The notes under the pieces were generated by a model. That model did not search any database and was not told the origin of the DNA. It was given only the letters and a program-made list of their open reading frames with translations. A stretch of DNA of 64,000 nt from Octopus vulgaris (lineage: Eukaryota), in contig OX597825.1 of assembly GCA_951406725.2 (NCBI GenBank), positions 28,148,001 through 28,212,000 on the forward strand, read 5' to 3'. How positions within the stretch are numbered: the first letter of the stretch is position 1; the number at the start of each line of letters is the position of its first letter. Below are positions 1 to 12,690 of this stretch, piece after piece. Both the position numbers and the translations under genes were made by a program.

Positions 1-261
1 CTTATGCAACACACATCCACGCTATAATTATAGACCTGATATGGCATCTGTAACATGGGTACACGCTTTCATCTTTCAATCTCTCCAATCATTACAATAG
101 GGTATACACATGATGGCTCTTCATGCTAGAGAGAACAGCAAAAATATTCACTCATGTTATGCACACGTGCGCGAGCGCGCGCGTGTGTATTCTGTATAGG
201 CATGTATATACATGCATACACACATACACACGTATATGTGTGTATATGTGTGCGGTGTTTG

Positions 262-307
<46 letters not shown>

Positions 308-401
308 ATATGTATATACGTATGTATATATGTGTGTGTGCGTGTGTGTGTGTACATATGTATATATGTATATATGTATGTATACTAAATACGTAATATA
401 T

Positions 402-613
402 TCTTTCATTCTTTTTTACTTGTTTCAACCATTTGACTACGGTCATGCTGCAGCATCGGCTTTAATCAAAAAAATATAACCTAGGACTTACTCTTTGTAA
501 ACCCAGTACTTATTCTATCGGTATCTTTGGCCGAATCACTAAGTTTCGGGGACGTGAACACACCGGCATCAGTTACTAAGCGATGGTGGAGTCAAACACA
601 TCCACAAAAATAA

Positions 614-653
<40 letters not shown>

Positions 654-816
654 GATGAGCTTCTTTCAGTTTCCATCTACCAAATCCACTCACAAGGCTT
701 TGGCCGGCCAGAGGCGATAGTAGAAAGAGTTTGCCCAAAGTGCCACCCAGTGGGACTGAACCCCGAAACAATTGGTTGGTGAGCAAGCTACTTACCACAC
801 AGCCACTCCTAGACCT
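402..816 (-). mobile_element. SINE family A (tRNA-derived head, CORE-like segment, internal (TA)/(CA) microsatellite), full-length copy
   Basis: Reverse complement begins AGGAGTGGCTGTGTGGTAAGTAGCTTGC...GGTTCAGTCCCACTG (A-box/B-box-like); >10 homologous copies in the window. Confidence 0.85.
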
Positions 817-1379
817 GTTGTTGACAATTCTCTTTTCTTTAATCTTTCTTCACTATTACCTGTAGTACGAATGAGCCTTCGGTTTGCTGCAAAGGTTTTT
901 GAACTGACGTCTATGTGATTCTCAGTACATCCAGAAAATTAACCAGTATTGCGTTAATAGTAGCAGCATATTCTGGAACGTATCGCTGTCTACCAGTATT
1001 GCTGTGGTTCACCTTTTGCAGTCGTTGCTACCAGAAATTATTCATGTGGATTTCTACCACACGTGTAGCATTTCTGTTTCAGAATTCACATAAGTTGTTT
1101 CATTTTTTTATCGTATATACATTCTTAACTAGAACATGTGATTTTCAATGAGAACATTTGATTTTCGTAGATCATTTCGACGGTTAAGTCTATTTTGATC
1201 AAACCTGATCGAATATCGCCTCTCGTCGCATTTCCACTGACCACATATTGGCAGTGCAATACACAATTGATATCACGACAGGAGTCAATACCCTTGTCGA
1301 TACTCCTGACTGGCATCTAAATACGGGTATATATGTATATGTGCACACGCACGCAAATACACACACACATACATATATA

Positions 1380-1437
<58 letters not shown>

Positions 1438-1932
1438 GCAATATACAATATATATACACCATTTCAAACAATATATATATATGTATATGTATATATATAC
1501 ATATACGTATGTACGTATGTATTATGCATATGTATTTGTATATATACCAGACTACGTGCGTAAGCATGCATTCACATATAGCTTTATACACACATACATG
1601 CGTGCATGCATGTGCGCGCGTGTGTGTGAATTTACATATAAGAATCTTATATTATTATGAGCCCCACATTCAGCAAATGATCAAGCACACATAAACATGC
1701 AGTTTATTAAACCAAACACAAAATATTGTTTTGAATAAGCCGCACCATACAACGCGGAGTAATCAACTGTGAAAAACCTTAGTTGTTCTATTCTTGTTAT
1801 GTATGTATATGCTGTATGTACGTATGTATGTATTTATACATATGCTTGTATACCCTCACAGAAATTTGCATATATATATATATATTTATATACATATATG
1901 CATACGTGTATGTGTGCATATATGAGTATAAA

Positions 1933-1981
<49 letters not shown>

Positions 1982-2849
1982 CCGAGCGCACTCAGTACGT
2001 ATGCACGTAGGAACTTATGTTCGTTTATGTGTGAGTGTCTGTGTGTGTATGAAGTTTTCTTGTCTTATATTTCAATCCTTTTGATTGTTAATACTTTATT
2101 AATTTCAAATACACTGATTATAGCATTGAATAACTAATGATGCATTGAAAACAAGGGGTATTGAAGTCGCGAACAATGTCTTGGACAATCAAAGCCGGCT
2201 TCTGTCAGACATCTTTCTTCCACATCATTAATCGGCGCTTGTAATTGATCGAAATCTTATTATCCTAAGAAACACAAGGGTCAGATACATAATTGCGAGA
2301 AAGGAAAATTATATTCAGATGCAATTGAAGAATGCTGTTCATTATTTTCGAAAATTTACTAGAAATATTCTATGGCTTCTGTTAAACTCACTGTAATTTG
2401 ATTTACATTTAAAGCTAAATCCACTCAGACTGCAGTAATCTACTTACTGTAGGGTTTGTAGTTTCGCTTGTAAATGCGTGCTTTCTCTTTGCTTTTACTG
2501 AAGTCGACAGTCCGTCTCCTGTTTAAGTTTTCACCATTAGTAATGTTTTTGTAAGTTTTGCAATATGTCGTACTCACTCCAATGAATGCTTATGTATATA
2601 ATTTGATTGCATGTACAGTCTAGTGTGAAACTTGTTCTGAAGCATGTAACTTATGGTTTTCCATCACGGTAAATCTGTCTTTTTAGTTATGACGTCTCGT
2701 ACTTTTAGCTGTTGTTATTGTTGTTGTTTTTGTTGGAATTGCGGTTGCTGGAACATTTTATTCTTTTGCCACAGGAATGTGTCCTGCAAAAATTTGAATT
2801 CTTTACTGCTTCACATCTAAATACACGTCCATTCAACATTTGGTAATTC

Positions 2850-3045
2850 TAACTTTTGGCACAAGTCCAGCCATTTTAAGGACATGTGGAAATCAATTAC
2901 ATCTGTCCCAATGCTCAACCGGTATTTATTCTATCGAACCCCAAAAGACGGAAGGAAAAGTCGACATCGGCAGGATTCGAACTTAGAACATAATCCGGAA
3001 GAAACGCTGCCAAGCATTTTCTTTGATTCGCTAGCAAATTCTCAA
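2850..3045 (-). mobile_element. SINE family B, old degenerate copy with alternative tail
   Basis: Degenerate match to ATCGACCCCGAAAGGATGAAAGGCAAAGTCGAC...GAATTTGAACTCAGAAC of younger B copies. Confidence 0.6.
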
Positions 3046-3102
3046 AGCATGTCTACACCAAATTATACACCGGTATATTTCGTGTAGCAGTATATATCCA
3101 CC

Positions 3103-3473
3103 TGTAAAGGCGCAATGGCCCAGTGGTTAGGGCAGCGAACGCGCGGTCGTAGGATCGCGGTTTCGATTCCCAGACCGGGCGTTGTGAGTGTTTATTGAGC
3201 GAAAACACATGAAACTCCACGAGGCTCCGGCAGGGGGTGGTGGCGAACCCTACTGTACTCTTTTTCCACAACTTGCTCTCACTCTTTCTTCCTGTTTCTG
3301 TTGTACCTGTATTTCAAAGGGCCAGCCTTGTCACACTCTCTGTCACGCTGAATATCCCCGAGAACTACGTGCCTGTGAAGAGCTCAGACACTTGCACGTT
3401 AATTTCATGAGCAGGCTGTTCCGTTGATCGGATCAACAGGAAACCTCGTCGTCGTAACCGACGGAATGTTACG
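3103..3473 (+). mobile_element. SINE family C, subtype C1 (tRNA head + body1 + tail1)
   Basis: Head GGCGCAATGGCCCAGTGGTTAGGGC...GGTTTCGATTCCCAGACC; flanked by 11-bp TSD-like ATATATCCACC (3092-3102) / ATATATCCGCC (3474-3484). Confidence 0.8.
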
Positions 3474-4408
3474 ATATATCCGCCAATTTTGATGGGATTT
3501 TAAGATTTGCTGCTATTTCTAGCATGTCACACGATACATTGAAACTTCGATGCTGGTATAAAATTATTATTCTTCATTCTGTGTTGTCTATGACTGCCAC
3601 TATCGTTACCAAAAAGGATATGCATGACTTTATTTATTGAACAACAACGGAGGTTAAATATTTCTCATTTCAACTCATATATGTGCATACCAGAGACAAC
3701 TTCCTGGTATACCACGTAGGTATGCACTTATAATGCTTGGTTTAATATAGATGACTGTTGCTAGTAACAACTTCTTTAAAATCAATGTTATAAAGATAAA
3801 GCAGAATAACATCAATTATTATCTTGAAAATAATTATGCAATTTATCATGTGACGCCAAGAAGACTTCAGCCTTCTGGACGTCACGATTTTATATACAAA
3901 AAACAGTTTTATCCAGCTGTTTATATTAGACAAATGAAAGATTGCGTAACGTCAGATTTCTAAAACTACACTCATTTGTCCCTATTGACCTCAGTTTGAA
4001 CATATTGGATTAATATTTTGTAACAGTCTGCGCTACCATTACATGTTTTAAGTAGTGGTACTTATGAAGAATTCACACGTGGAATGAAGTTGTTACAACA
4101 TTCGAAAGCATATATGTTGCTTTTACTGACATTCTTTTCTAATTAGTCGTCTAACTCAAAAGAAGTAATCGTTTCGATTTCGTTGTTTAGCATGTGGTCT
4201 CCATTGAATAGTCTTACATTTTATTAAAACGGGATGAAACCTTAACTATGTTGCCTTTCCTAAGCATATGTTACTGTATTATCTGTATTTTCGAATGCGA
4301 CCTGTTTCTATCTAAAACCATAAAGAACGGTTTGGTCTATATTTGGATGTTATTTCTTAAAAAACTGTGGCCCGGTGGATGCTCACTTTTCAGAGATATT
4401 TTTGAGAA

Positions 4409-4495
4409 ACTGCTCAACCTGCCATGCAATGGGGCTGAACCCAGAACCATGTGGTTGGGAAGCGAGCTTCTTACTGCCCAGTCGCACCTGCGCCT
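4409..4495 (-). mobile_element. SINE A head fragment
   Basis: GGGGCTGAACCCAGAACCATGTGGTTGGGAAGCGAGCTTCTTAC matches the family A head. Confidence 0.7.
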
Positions 4496-4914
4496 ATATT
4501 GTCCACTATTTTTGTGCGTGTTCATATAGTTGGATGAATATCATTCCGTTCATAAGAAATCAAAGTAAAAACGATTATAGGAATACGATGTGAAGTTTTA
4601 CGAATCGATTATCTCTATGCATAATCGCAATTTTGAGAAAAATTATTTGTTATATTAGCTGATATGTCATATGTGTAGAGGAGAAGAATTGTCTAAAGGA
4701 GTAACTTGACTCGACGAAATTACTATTAGTTATCGATAAAATGAATATAAAGTATAACCTGGATAGATGCAAAATTGCAAGCTATAAGAAAGGAATTGAA
4801 TATGAATATACCCGTGGATTTTTTGTATCCAATTTAAAACTCTCCATCTATTTTATCATTTATATTCGATAATAAAACTTGTCTACACCCGGTTAAGTCA
4901 CCCCTCCATAAAAA

Positions 4915-5125
4915 ATTCTAATTTTAGCGCAAGGCCAGCATTTTTGAGGAGAGCAGGTAACTTCATTTCTTTGACCCGAGTACATGAGCGGTACTTATCT
5001 TATCGATCTTAAAAGGATGAAAGATAAGGCTAACCTCAGCAGAATTTCAGCTCAGAATGTAATGAGTCGGAAGAAATTCCGCAATGATTGTTTTCCGACA
5101 CCCAATCAATTCCACTAGCTCAACA
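4915..5125 (-). mobile_element. SINE B, old degenerate copy
   Basis: GGTACTTATCTTATCGATCTTAAAAGGATGAAAG...AGAATTTCAGCTCAGAAT resembles the B core. Confidence 0.6.
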
Positions 5126-5204
5126 AAGATATTAACACATAGATAAATGCAGTTTAATTTAGAACGGATTCAGTCATAGGTAGTACCCTATTAAAAATAA
5201 AATA

Positions 5205-5453
5205 AATGCGTCCTTTTAAAGCCTAGCCAGGCTCCTGGGCACAGTTTCCCGGTTTCTGTGGCGTATGTGTTCCCCAGCTGGACGGGACGCCGTCCATCGC
5301 AGCATTACTCATTTTTGCCAGATGAATGGACTGGAGCAACATGAAATGAAGTGTTTTGCTCAAGAACACAACGCGTCATCCGGTCCAGGAATCGAAACCA
5401 CAATCTTACAATCATGATGCTGACACACCAGCCACTAAGCCACGGGCCTCCAC
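5205..5453 (-). mobile_element. SINE family C, subtype C2 (tRNA head + CORE-like body2 + tail2)
   Basis: Homologous to 9727-9977 and 12355-12593; GGAATCGAAACC is the B box on the minus strand. Confidence 0.8.
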
Positions 5454-6203
5454 AATACCATTTTAGAGTCGGTTTTATCGACTCTGATGAAGATGAATCT
5501 CCAACAATGCGAACTCGATACGAGATGGATCGTAAATATACATTCTAATATAAAAGTAGGTTTTGTCTGGAGATTTACTGTTTCCGTATATCATTCTCTA
5601 TTGATATTGCAAATATGGAAGGAAAAGCAAAACAAAGAAATAATTACATTCGCAAAAAAATGCCTGAATGATTTTTTAAATTATTTTTGGACTTTCAATT
5701 CTAGTTTAAGCAGTAAATTTATATTTTCTCGTATACGTAGGAAGAGTCTCTATCTTGGTTCAATCCATTTGAACAGTTCTCGAATATAAAAGGCTTTTAA
5801 TAGATTTCCATACGGTAAATTCTTGCTGAATTCAAAATTGATTTTATGTTCGTACCATCCACAGGTACCTTACCCCTACTTGAATGGATTCGACAAGCTA
5901 AAGCAAATTGCCATCAGGCTGCTGTTAGCTAGGAGAAATTTAAATCCCTTACCAAAGTTTCGGTAGTTGACCTATAAATCATCTAATTAGCTCCCAACAT
6001 TTATTATTCGCATCCACGGTTGTTACTGTTTTGTATTCTAATCCCAGGCCGTCACGCTTCATACTGACCTACGATGAATGACGTTCTGACTGCGAGCAAA
6101 TCATCTATCCATTACTATGTTCCGTGCCACGTATCTTTTTAGATAATAAGGTGTAACTTGAAATGATATGGTTTTTAATTTTTAATATTACGCACTGCTT
6201 ATA

Positions 6204-6418
6204 CGTCATATATTTGTGTGTCTGTGTTTGACCGCCCCCCAACATTGCTTGACATCGATGCTGGTTTGTTTACGTCCCCGTAACTTAGCGGTTCGCCAAA
6301 AGAGACCGATAGAATAAGTACTAGGCTTCCAAAGAATAATTCCCGGTGTCGATTTGCACAACTAAAGGCGGTGCTCCAGCATGGCCGAAGTCAAATGACT
6401 CAAACAAGTAAAAGAGTA
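6204..6418 (+). mobile_element. SINE A, 3' half
   Basis: GTTTACGTCCCCGTAACTTAGCGGTTCG...GGCGGTGCTCCAGCATGGCCG...CAAGTAAAAGAG. Confidence 0.85.
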
Positions 6419-7233
6419 TGACAATTAAATGTTTGTTAGACTCGGCTAGGTTCACACGAACTGTGTACCCTGTTGCGTTAACGAACAAGTTACGTCACAA
6501 GATTAAATTTAAATATTTAACATGGAGCTAATTAACTGGAAACATGGAATAAACATAGTTCTCACATGTGAACTATTAATAATTGATTCGGAAACTCGAA
6601 TTGTCGGTATAAAAATGTTGTAAATACAAATTATGTAAAGAAACCCTCTTAGAAGAGAACCATGCTGATTAGACGCCGAATTACTTAAGATGTTAATATT
6701 GAATATATATAATAATATTTCGGCATTATTCGTTGAATTTTCGAATAAAATTGTTTATCTTCAAAGCAAGGTAGTTATGAATATTTGATAAATCTCCCTT
6801 TGTAAATATTTTCTGTTGAAAATATTTCAATACCCAACTGCATTTTTTTTTTTCTTTATCTTTAATTCAGTTTCTATTATGTTATTATTTTCTTGTTTCT
6901 CTTTTCAATTTCACACATCCTGGCATATTTAGAATTCTCTATAACTCTCGTCTAATACTTACGAAACTCATAAATTAGGCATAAACTCTCAGATCACAAC
7001 TAGAGACTTTCAGTACAGTTTTGAAGAATTAATTCTGATCTTTGCACTAAAAAAAAATACATAATATATGTGAATGTCACCAAAAGCAGTTTGTTTTAAA
7101 GATAGTAATTCATAACGCAACTTTACGTTCAGAATTCAAATTTACATCGGGGTCGACAGCCGTTCATGCTTCAGTGGTTGATAAAATTTTCAGAATTTAA
7201 GATATATAACCAATATATATATATATATATCCT

Positions 7234-7640
7234 AGTTGTAGGAGTGGCTGTGTGTTAAGTAGCTTGCTTACGAACCACATGGTTCCGGGTTCAGTCCCAC
7301 TGCGTTGCAGCTTATGCAAGTGTGTTCTACTATAGCCTCGGGCCGACCAAAGCCTTGTGAGTGGATTTGATAGACGGAAACTGTAAGAAGCCTGTCGTAT
7401 ATGTGTATATGTATATGTGCGTGTGTGTGTGTGTGTATGTTTGTGTGTATGTGTTTGTTACACACACCCCAACATCGCTTGACAACCGATGCTGGTGTGT
7501 CTCCATCTCCGTAACTTAGCGGCTCGGCAAAAGAAACCGATAGAACAAGTACTACGCTTACAAAGAATAAGTCCTGGAGTCTATATGCTCGACTAAAGGC
7601 GGTGCTCCAGCATGGAAACAAGTAAAAGAGTAAAAGAGTA
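7234..7640 (+). mobile_element. SINE A, full-length
   Basis: Head, CORE-like segment, internal microsatellite and (GTAAAAGA)n tail; flanked by (TA)n. Confidence 0.88.
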
Positions 7641-8556
7641 TATATATGTATAGTTGTAGCCTCACGCAGAATCTGTGTTTTTGAATCAGTATTAGAAATA
7701 TGGAAAACAATCCATTATGTCTTGCGTGTTAATTAATGTTTATACGTTACCCCCTCAATGTTTGTTAAGACAACAGTCGTTTTGACATTAGATGTTTTGA
7801 ATATTGCATGTCTGTATCATCAGAACGTGGATGATCAAATGGATATGACATTGAATAGGCCAAGATGCGAGAACAATCGCATTCTGTCGTTGGCACTGGT
7901 TTGTTTATTTGCTTAGGAAGTTTGCAGGTTCCGCTGCATGAAACTCGCTAAAAGAAGTACACGAGATAAACTGTAAGAGTTCCGGAACAATGAGCGAATG
8001 AATCCATATACACCACATTCAGCAACGAATAAAATTATCTAAAATATGTTATATGAAATATCTCTAACTTAATTCAAATTAGATAGAACGAAAAACGAAG
8101 AACTCTTTTGTGGTCAAAAATACTTTCAGTCAGATACATAAGGCAACATGAAATATATACACTCTGTCTCCTGTTCTAAACAGAATAGAATAATGTGTCA
8201 TGACAAGATCGCAGCGTCAGGGAAGAAAATAAAGGTCAGTCATCTTCATTGGTTAAAATGTCTCTTACACTATAACATACACTATAATGTTTGTACCACC
8301 AATAGGTGCATCTGAAAAAGGATATGGTTCTTATGCATTATTTCCTCTAAAGAAATAGAGATAACATTCCTTCCAAATCTAATGAATAGCCCTTTGGAAG
8401 ATCTATCAGTTGGTTTGATACACTTGCAACTAATGGCATTCAGCTAAATTTTCTATGTTGACTGAAAGACCTGAGGTGAATCGGTCTAAGATTCATTTGC
8501 AGTGTTTTTTGCAAATACAACGTTCTACATTCCATAAGCGTGTAGAAAGATATAGT

Positions 8557-9167
8557 CAACTAAATATATTGTGGACCAGACAGTCCTAACAACTTGAGCG
8601 CATTTCTTGTTCAGAAACGCTTATGATAATCTACATGGATTCATAAAAAATTTAACAGAAAAACTGGAAAGATGAAACAAATTTGAACTTTTTATTCACA
8701 ACTAAATATATTGTGGACCAGACAGTCCTAACAACATGAGCGCATTTCTTGTTCAGAAACGCTTATGATAATCTACATGGATTCATAAAAAATTTAACAG
8801 AAAAACTGGAAAGATGAAACAAATTTGAACTTTTTATTCACAACTAAATATATTGTGGACCAGACAGTCCTAACAACTTGAGCGCATTTCTTGTTCAGAA
8901 ACGCTTATGATAATCTACATGGATTCATAAAAAATTTAACAGAAAAACTGGAAAGATGAAACAAATTTGAACTTTTTATTCACAACTAAATATATTGTGG
9001 ACCAGACAGTCCTAACAACTTGAGCGCATTTCTTGTTCAGAAACGCTTATGATAATCTACATGGATTCATAAAAAATTTAACAGAAAAACTGGAAAGATG
9101 AAACAAATTTGAACTTTTTATTCACAACTAAATATATTGTGGACCAGACAGTCCTAACAACATGAGC
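8557..9167. repeat. Tandem array, 142-bp unit x ~4.3, near-identical copies
   Basis: CAACTAAATATATTGTGGACCAGACAGTCC recurs at 8557, 8699, 8841, 8983, 9125. Confidence 0.97.
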
Positions 9168-9554
9168 TCCGTGAACTATGAAATAATGTTTCACCTCATC
9201 ACACTTCGATAGGGGAAACATTTTGTCAATAAAATCCTTCTATGTCAAAAAATCCCTGTCATTCCTAAAAGATATTTTTTATACATTCTACAGACTGCTC
9301 GAAGCTTACTAGCTTTCAACACCTGTGTCCTTGGATCTTACCTTTACTTATAATCACATGCATACAATCACACACACACACATAATAGTATGGACATGCT
9401 CGCTTACGCGAATACTATGGACGTTTTAACTCCCTTAGCTTTACTCCCTCCCCTCAGCAGTTATTCGAATAGCTCTTTTGTCTTAATAACGGTCAATCAT
9501 ACAGTAATTCCCATTTGTTTAACGGTCATTTTCATAGTATTTTTTCGATGGACG

Positions 9555-9616
9555 GATAACTGAAGAGATGGCGGCGTGGACTTTCCGCCCCGACATACGA
9601 AACTCGGAGTTTTATC
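9555..9616 (+). ncRNA. Candidate type-I hammerhead ribozyme (Penelope-like)
   Basis: GATAA-CTGAAGA-GATG...CATAC-GAAA-CTCgGAG-T-T-TTATC: stem I GATAA/TTATC, CUGANGA core, GAAA, near-palindromic stem III, GUU site. Confidence 0.55.
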
Positions 9617-9726
9617 ATGGCTACCAAATAATTGTCACATTATATTTACAGATAAATTCCTCTCTATTTACATAATACCGAGGTCTCTTTCATTCTTTTG
9701 TTATATTACCTTTTCTATCAATATAT

Positions 9727-9977
9727 AGTAGAGACGCGTGGGTTAGTGGTTAGGGTATCAGCACCATGATGGTAAGAATGTGGTTTCGATTCCTGGACTG
9801 TGCGATGCGTTGTGTTATTGAGCAAAATAATTCATTTCATGTTGCTCCAGTCCACTCAGCTGACAAAAATGAGTAACGCTGCGATGGACTGGCATCCTGT
9901 CCTGCTGGGGAACACATACGCCATAGAAACCGGGCTCATGAGCCTGGCTAGGCTTTAAAAAGGGCGCATTTATTTTT
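9727..9977 (+). mobile_element. SINE C2, full-length
   Basis: tRNA-like head (GGTTAGTGGTTAGGG...GGTTTCGATTCC); 11-bp TSD TATCAATATAT at 9716-9726 and 9978-9988. Confidence 0.85.
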
Positions 9978-10602
9978 TATCAATATATTTACAAATACAA
10001 TATTTTGCTTCATTCAATCTTTTACTGCTCTGAGTTTTAGCTGTGGGTAACACGACTGAATGGCCTGGGCACTCACATTTGGGACACCAGAGTAGCAAGA
10101 AGCTGATTCGATCAAAATAAAATATATAGTTAATCTCTGGTATGGCGTTTAGTACTCATGTTTTCGGCTATTAAAAATAAACGAGTATATGTGTATGTAT
10201 GTGTTTGTGCATCTGCGGTGTATACACACATATAGATAGATACATACACACACACACTCATATACATACATACACACATACACTCATATACATACATACA
10301 CACATGCATACATATATACGTACATACATACACATATATATATATATAATTACGCATGTATACAATACAATGTGTTTAAAAGTCATACTTTGGTTTATTC
10401 CCTCTTCTACCATGATTCATTTACGTCATCCAGTTGTTATTTGTAATAATATTTCATCTCCAGCAAACTACGTGGCCATGTACATTTTTTTTTATTTCAG
10501 CAGGTGACATTAAAAAATATTATGTTTTATTGTGTTCCCTGTCTTTTTTATATTGTGTAACATAGTCTTGTCTAACATTAATATAAATGTCCAATTTTGA
10601 AT

Positions 10603-11147
10603 TTTGGTTGTCCGGAAAATTCGTGCCGATTTATAGTAGCTTAAATTTCGATTTATTTTAGAACATGTTTGAGTCCATAAAATAGGATTTGACTACACCT
10701 CCATTTAGAGCACAGTTTAAGCTATCATTTCGTGGAAGAAGGTTTATGTTCCTATAACCTGTGTTAATTCTGTGTTAAGTTCATTTTCGGCACATGTTGC
10801 ATTGGGAATCAGACAAAATTTGCTGCAGCTCGGCTGGGATGTGTTACCCCACCCTCCATATTCACCAGATATTGCTCCTTCGGATTTCCACTTATTCAGA
10901 TGTCTGCAGAATAGTCTTAATAGTAAAAATTTCATTTCCTTGGATGACGTAAAAAGATACCTTGATGAATTCATTGCCATGAAACCGCCTCAGTTCAGGG
11001 AAGAGGGCATTTTCAATTTAAAGGAAAGATGGAGACGCATTGTGCAACACAGTGGTTCATATTTGGTTGATTAAAAATGTAATGGCAAATATTTATTGAC
11101 CTTTTTCTTTCTTTTAAACATCGGCACGAACTTTCCGGACAACCCAA
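10603..11147 (+). mobile_element. Internally deleted mariner DNA transposon (~545 bp) with both TIRs
   Basis: TIRs TTTGGTTGTCCGGAAAATTCGTGCCGAT and ATCGGCACGAACTTTCCGGACAACCCAA followed by TA; internal transposase C-terminus. Confidence 0.92.
10790..11074 (+). pseudogene. Mariner transposase C-terminal fragment
   Basis: GWDVLPHPPYSPDIAPSDFHLFRCLQNSL...GIFNLKERWRRIVQHSGSYL; YSPDLAPSD-type mariner motif; N-terminal two-thirds missing. Confidence 0.92.
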
Positions 11148-12354
11148 TATTTCTCACAAAGCATTTTTCCCGGTATTCTAAATATTCTGGTACTTACCTC
11201 TATGTTTGATATTATTTTTATATCTCTATATTTTCTATTTAAGCACTTTTTGCTTTACATGAGATTCTAATTCTCAATCTTTCGACGATCTTCTTTTAGT
11301 CTATGCTGTAGCGTCTTTGCATCTCTTACAATGGAAGATTGCTGAAGGCCATAGTATCTCTTAGAATTTTGCAAGGATCTCCTGGAAGACTATTTGTTGA
11401 ATACAGGCCAAAATGGCACCTAAAATTTCATCAGATTCATCTGTCATGGTCGTATCCGTTTGCCCCTTTTATTCTCGTTTAGAAATGAATTTATAAAGAC
11501 GAACTAAGTGCATGTAGGAACGTCCGTGAGAAATAGAGTAATTGGCCAGGTTGACCTCGTTTAGATCGATCTTTCCTCGTATATACTTCATGTAGAGGAA
11601 ATCGAGGGAATACTGCCTGTGTTCAGTTGCAGTTTCAAGAGAATAATCTGAAGATTCCGGTTTCTCTCGTCGCCCGGGGTATAAAGAGTGCAGAAAAGGT
11701 TTTGTTATCACTGTGAGTATATTTGAATAAATGAGAAAGTATTGAAACGGAAGAGTGAGAATTGGCGTGAATAGGGAATGCCGAAAAATTTGTGGAAACG
11801 TAGTTAGACGTCTGTGCTTAATTAAACGAAGGCTAACAATTTGAGAGGCAAGAGAATGAGAAAGGTGATGATTCATGTCTCGAAATAAATAACTTTTAGG
11901 CGTAAGTTGTGAGTATAAGAAGCGTATACAAGGAGCTAATACACCAAAAGCAATAATTATCACAGATAAAAATCCTCGTACACCTTACAACTATACCAGA
12001 AAAAACTATTGCAATTGTTATGTATTAGTTTTGATTCTGCATAAACCGAGTGAAAGGGGGAAATATAGAGAAATAAAAATTAAAGTGTAAGACGATACTA
12101 TCCTCACATAAAACTATATGCATTCACTTGGTTGTCTACATCGCACAAAATTTTCTTTTAGATATTGTCATAATCCTGTGATGTTCACATCCATTTAGTA
12201 TCTTGCCGACCACCATATGACAAATCCAAAACTCGTACGCAAATAAAATAAGCAGGTGATAAATATTAGTGAAATTTCGTATAACCTCAGACAAGTAATT
12301 ACTGGTATCAATGATTCTGTGTTGTGTAATCGTAACACGAACTAATATTCCTTC

Positions 12355-12593
12355 TCGAGCCATGCCGGGTTCAAAAGGTCCCGTTTCCCGGTTTCAGTGG
12401 CGTAGAAATTCCCCACCTGGACGGGACGCCGGTCCGTCGCAGGATTACTCATTCTTGCCAGCTGAGTGGACTGGAGCAACGTAAAATGAAGTGTTTTGCT
12501 CAAGAACACAACGCATTGCTCGGTCCAGGAATCGAAACCACAACCTTACGATCATGAGTTAAACACCCTAACCACTAAGCCACGCGCCTCCCA
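12355..12593 (-). mobile_element. SINE C2
   Basis: Homologous to 5205-5453 and 9727-9977. Confidence 0.82.
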
Positions 12594-12690
12594 CTAACAC
12601 TAAATAATTATTTTACAAAAGTGGGCGGTCGCCTCAATATCTCTAATGTAGAGATGTAGCCAGTTAAAATGACCATAGTATATCCTAAAG

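Noticed and set aside
3103-3185. tRNA gene (also at 9727, 14173, 52872)
   Set aside because: A/B boxes are present but there is no clean cloverleaf, and each continues into a multi-copy SINE body, some with TSDs.
8557-9167. CRISPR-like array
   Set aside because: Units are contiguous with no unique spacers; eukaryotic context; no cas genes.
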